From Podarcis cretensis (lineage: Eukaryota): a stretch of DNA of 64,000 nucleotides. Where the stretch lies: positions 92,008,001-92,072,000 of the forward strand of contig OX638151.1 in assembly GCA_951804945.1 (NCBI GenBank), read 5' to 3'. The translations under genes and the position numbers were made by a program. Positions 61,273 through 64,000 of this stretch are shown here, one piece after another; position 1 is the stretch's first letter; every line of letters begins with the position of its first letter. The notes under the pieces are model-generated. The model worked only from the letters and a program-made list of their open reading frames with translations. It was not told where the DNA came from and made no database searches.

Positions 61273-62549
61273 GTGACTAATAATGGCTCACTTAAATACA
61301 TAAATCTTATAAGCAAGCATAAGATGTTTATAATTTGTCCCATTTTAATAGAATTTTCTAAATAACAGTCAAGACCCCCTATTTAGCTGGGGTCTTCTAC
61401 ACTTCGACATATATATGTATATGTCTATGTCTATGTATATGCATGCATCCGGTTAATTCAACTTCTGTCTGGTTTCAGTGGGTGAACCAATGATTGTGGT
61501 TAATTGAGAGCCAAGACAAGATAAGGAGTTATTTCCTGGCTTTTTAATCCATTAAGAAGTAATCATGAGTAGCAACAGTAGCAAGGTTGTTATCTCTAGC
61601 AGGTGGAGTTCACTGTTTTTAAGAAGTGACTTGACTATCAAGTGACCCAAGATAACATATGAATATAAGAAGCTGCTTATACTGGAGAGCCCAAGTAGAA
61701 GTGACATTGGAGATACGTGGAGTCTCTCACACCATTCATTTGAACAGTTGAAGTAAAGGGAGGAGGGAAGCAACTGGGGCGGGGGGGGGGGTGATGTTCC
61801 TTGAAAAAGGACAGATTCCCCCTTTCCCACTAACTATTCCAATCCAATTTGGAGTTCCACAGCTGCCCTCAAGGGGAAAATATAATCAGAAGACACTCCA
61901 TGTATCTCCCATTTTGCCTCTACTTTGGCCTTGAGTTAGAACATTGGAACCATCTAAATAGGGGTGGAATTCAGAAAGGCCCCAAACAGACTATCCTCTT
62001 ATATTATTGTGTTTGGCCTGCCTAGCTGTTATCATCCTGAGCCTCATTCTTGAATCTTTTGTATGTGTTAACAGAAAACAGCGGAAGTATATATTTTAAA
62101 TTAACAGGCATGGTTTTTAAGGTTTGTTTTAATCAAAAATTAGCATGCACACATCGTACTATAACAGGCTCTGGAACACCTTGGTTTTCCTAAGAAATCA
62201 GATGTTGAAATTAGGATGGTGATAACTAGCTGTGTTCCAAAACCCTTAAATTAGAAACCAAAATAATGCTTGTCTTCATGCAAGATTTTCTTTCAGAAGT
62301 CCTTATACAATACAATATTTCTGTACAAAAAAATAAAAAAATCCACTGTCATCAGCCTGGTGACTGGTTCATTCTTTCTTAATCTACTAATATTGGGGTA
62401 TCAACTTTGTAGGAAAGAAATGACTGTAACCAATTATTCTAGTTATTATTTCATGGAAGGATTAAAAACTTTTAATATGTAATATTTGCATCCTTTCTTG
62501 CTGTCATGACTAGAATAAAAATAATAATGTATGTCCACCTCTTTTGCAG

Positions 62550-62785
62550 AAGTGACCACTGTCCAACACAACATGTCAACTGTAAGCCATAGTTATGATG
62601 ATTTGGGAGCTGTACTGAAGGAAAAAAGATCAGAACTGGAATCCACTCTTTCAAATATGCAAAACATTCAAAGAGAATCAAATTCAATGATGGAATGGTT
62701 ACAGAATATGGACACTGCTGCAGCCAAATGGGAAGCAACTCTTATTGACAGTGAGGCTGTTAAAGAGCAAGTCGATCAACACAAG
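62550..62785 (+). CDS. DST: DST spectrin-repeat exon (EVTTVQHNM...EQVDQHK)
   Basis: ttttgcag acceptor, aag|gtagtt donor; phase 1 to 0. Confidence 0.93.
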
Positions 62786-63111
62786 GTAGTTTCTGTCTCC
62801 CCCTCTGTTCAAAACTATCAATTAAGCATAATTAATTTTTAAAGTGAGCTTCCTGTTCATATTAATGGACAGGGTCTGTTTAATAATGTATGTAACAGTA
62901 CAACCATATATTAGCACTTTGTACTGACACCTTATGGAAATCCCATAAAAAACGTCTTATCAGGCATAGGATCAGAGGTCAGATTGCATACCTGTGATAA
63001 AATGTATCAGAGCTGCCTAACAGATTAAGAGATCATCTCAATGAATCACCGCTTCTGCCAAACACTTTGGTTTTTATGTATTCTCAAGCCTAACATGTTC
63101 ATTCTTCATAG

Positions 63112-63241
63112 CTATTTGAAACAGAATTGAAACAGAATGAGAATAAAGTGCAAGAACTGAAGGATAGAGTGACAGAGCTATTGGAGAAGAACCCAGACTC
63201 TCCTGAGGCACCGAAATGGAAACAGATGTTGGATAAAATAG
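63112..63241 (+). CDS. DST: DST spectrin-repeat exon ([17 protein letters not shown]...[13 protein letters not shown])
   Basis: ttcatag acceptor, g|gtatgg donor; phase 0 to 1. Confidence 0.93.
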
Positions 63242-63998
63242 GTATGGCAAGTTTTATTTTGCAGTGTAGGAGAAGGACAACGATCTAACATTTGGCAAAA
63301 CAAACCACAGATTGAATGTTTGTGAGCTTTGGAGAGAAGGATTGCACCTCATCCACATGACATACTAGAAACCTCTTCTGGACATGCTTTTGTTTATACA
63401 TGACTACTGGCTTATGAGGTTTGGTCTAGCCTATCAGATCTTATATTTTAAAAGGCACTGGCCACAGCCACATGTCAGGATAAAACAGCTCATGGGAACT
63501 GTAAACTATCATCCATGGCTTAATGTTGCGTCCAACCCAGGGATCTTGGTTTGCTTAACTCAAACAAACCACAATTCGGAAGTCAAGCATAAACCTTGGC
63601 TTTTCATTGTGGTTTGTTTGGACTGAAACTAACGCACCGTCCCTGGTTTTTATATATTACTAAGCCAGGGCTTGTGGTTTGTTCCTCCCACTTGCAAAAT
63701 CAGAATCCCCAGCTTGGCATTTGAAAACAAGCCCCGCTTTTCGTTTGCCAAAGCTTGTTCTTGGTTTCTTGATTGTTGCCTGTGTGAGCAAACCAAACCA
63801 AGACCCCCAGGTTGGATGTAAAGCTAAGCCCAGGGGTCATGGTTTGTTCCTCCCCCTTGTTCTAGTAGAGAAGTGCAGCAGGAACCATCTGCATGTCCAC
63901 AGCAAACCACTGCCATTGTTTATTTGTTTGACTATTTCATATGAAATTACTACAATTATCATGCAATTTTACGAAATATTCCATTCATTTTTTCACAG

Positions 63999-64000
63999 AT
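63999..64000 (+). CDS. DST: Start of the next DST exon, truncated by the window edge
   Basis: ttttttcacag|at completes a phase-1 G|AT (Asp) codon. Confidence 0.7.

Larger units (their letters stand above)
142..64000 (+). other. DST: Dystonin (BPAG1) gene, internal segment from the plakin domain into the spectrin-repeat rod; gene continues beyond both window ends
   Basis: Exon translations match dystonin, e.g. [68 protein letters not shown]...GISSLYFSS. All exons have AG/GT (one GC) boundaries with compatible phases. Confidence 0.98.

Noticed and set aside
1-64000. Prokaryote-type systems (CRISPR arrays, operons, defence islands)
   Set aside because: The sequence is a eukaryotic intron-exon gene with no regularly spaced repeat-spacer array.

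Overview
This is vertebrate genomic DNA from a squamate reptile; the Sauria SINE copies point to a lacertid-type lizard. The whole 64 kb is an internal part of one + strand gene, dystonin (DST/BPAG1). I traced 32 complete coding exons plus the first 2 nt of a 33rd, and all join in consistent phase. In order they are: nine plakin-domain exons (142-12410); the two epithelial BPAG1e/BP230-specific exons nested in an intron, a 2.7-kb coiled-coil rod exon and a terminal exon with two plakin-repeat domains and its own stop and 3'UTR; three exons shared by the a and b isoforms; the muscle-type b-isoform block of one 5.67-kb giant exon plus four small exons; and the spectrin-repeat exons running off the 3' end. 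The introns hold typical squamate repeats (Sauria SINE, a tRNA-Lys/CR1-tailed SINE, CORE-type SINEs, CR1 fragments, hAT and Tc1/mariner MITEs). I see no new multi-gene system. The best leads concern splicing and protein architecture: a GC-AG donor overlapping an RBFOX motif, candidate microexon or recursive splice sites in an RBFOX/QKI-rich intron at the a/b switch, a cryptic 12-aa tandem repeat in the giant exon, a decayed coding-like tract upstream of the BP230 rod exon, and a palindromic CTCF-like element. Comparisons to human DST come from my recollection of that protein, not from an alignment.
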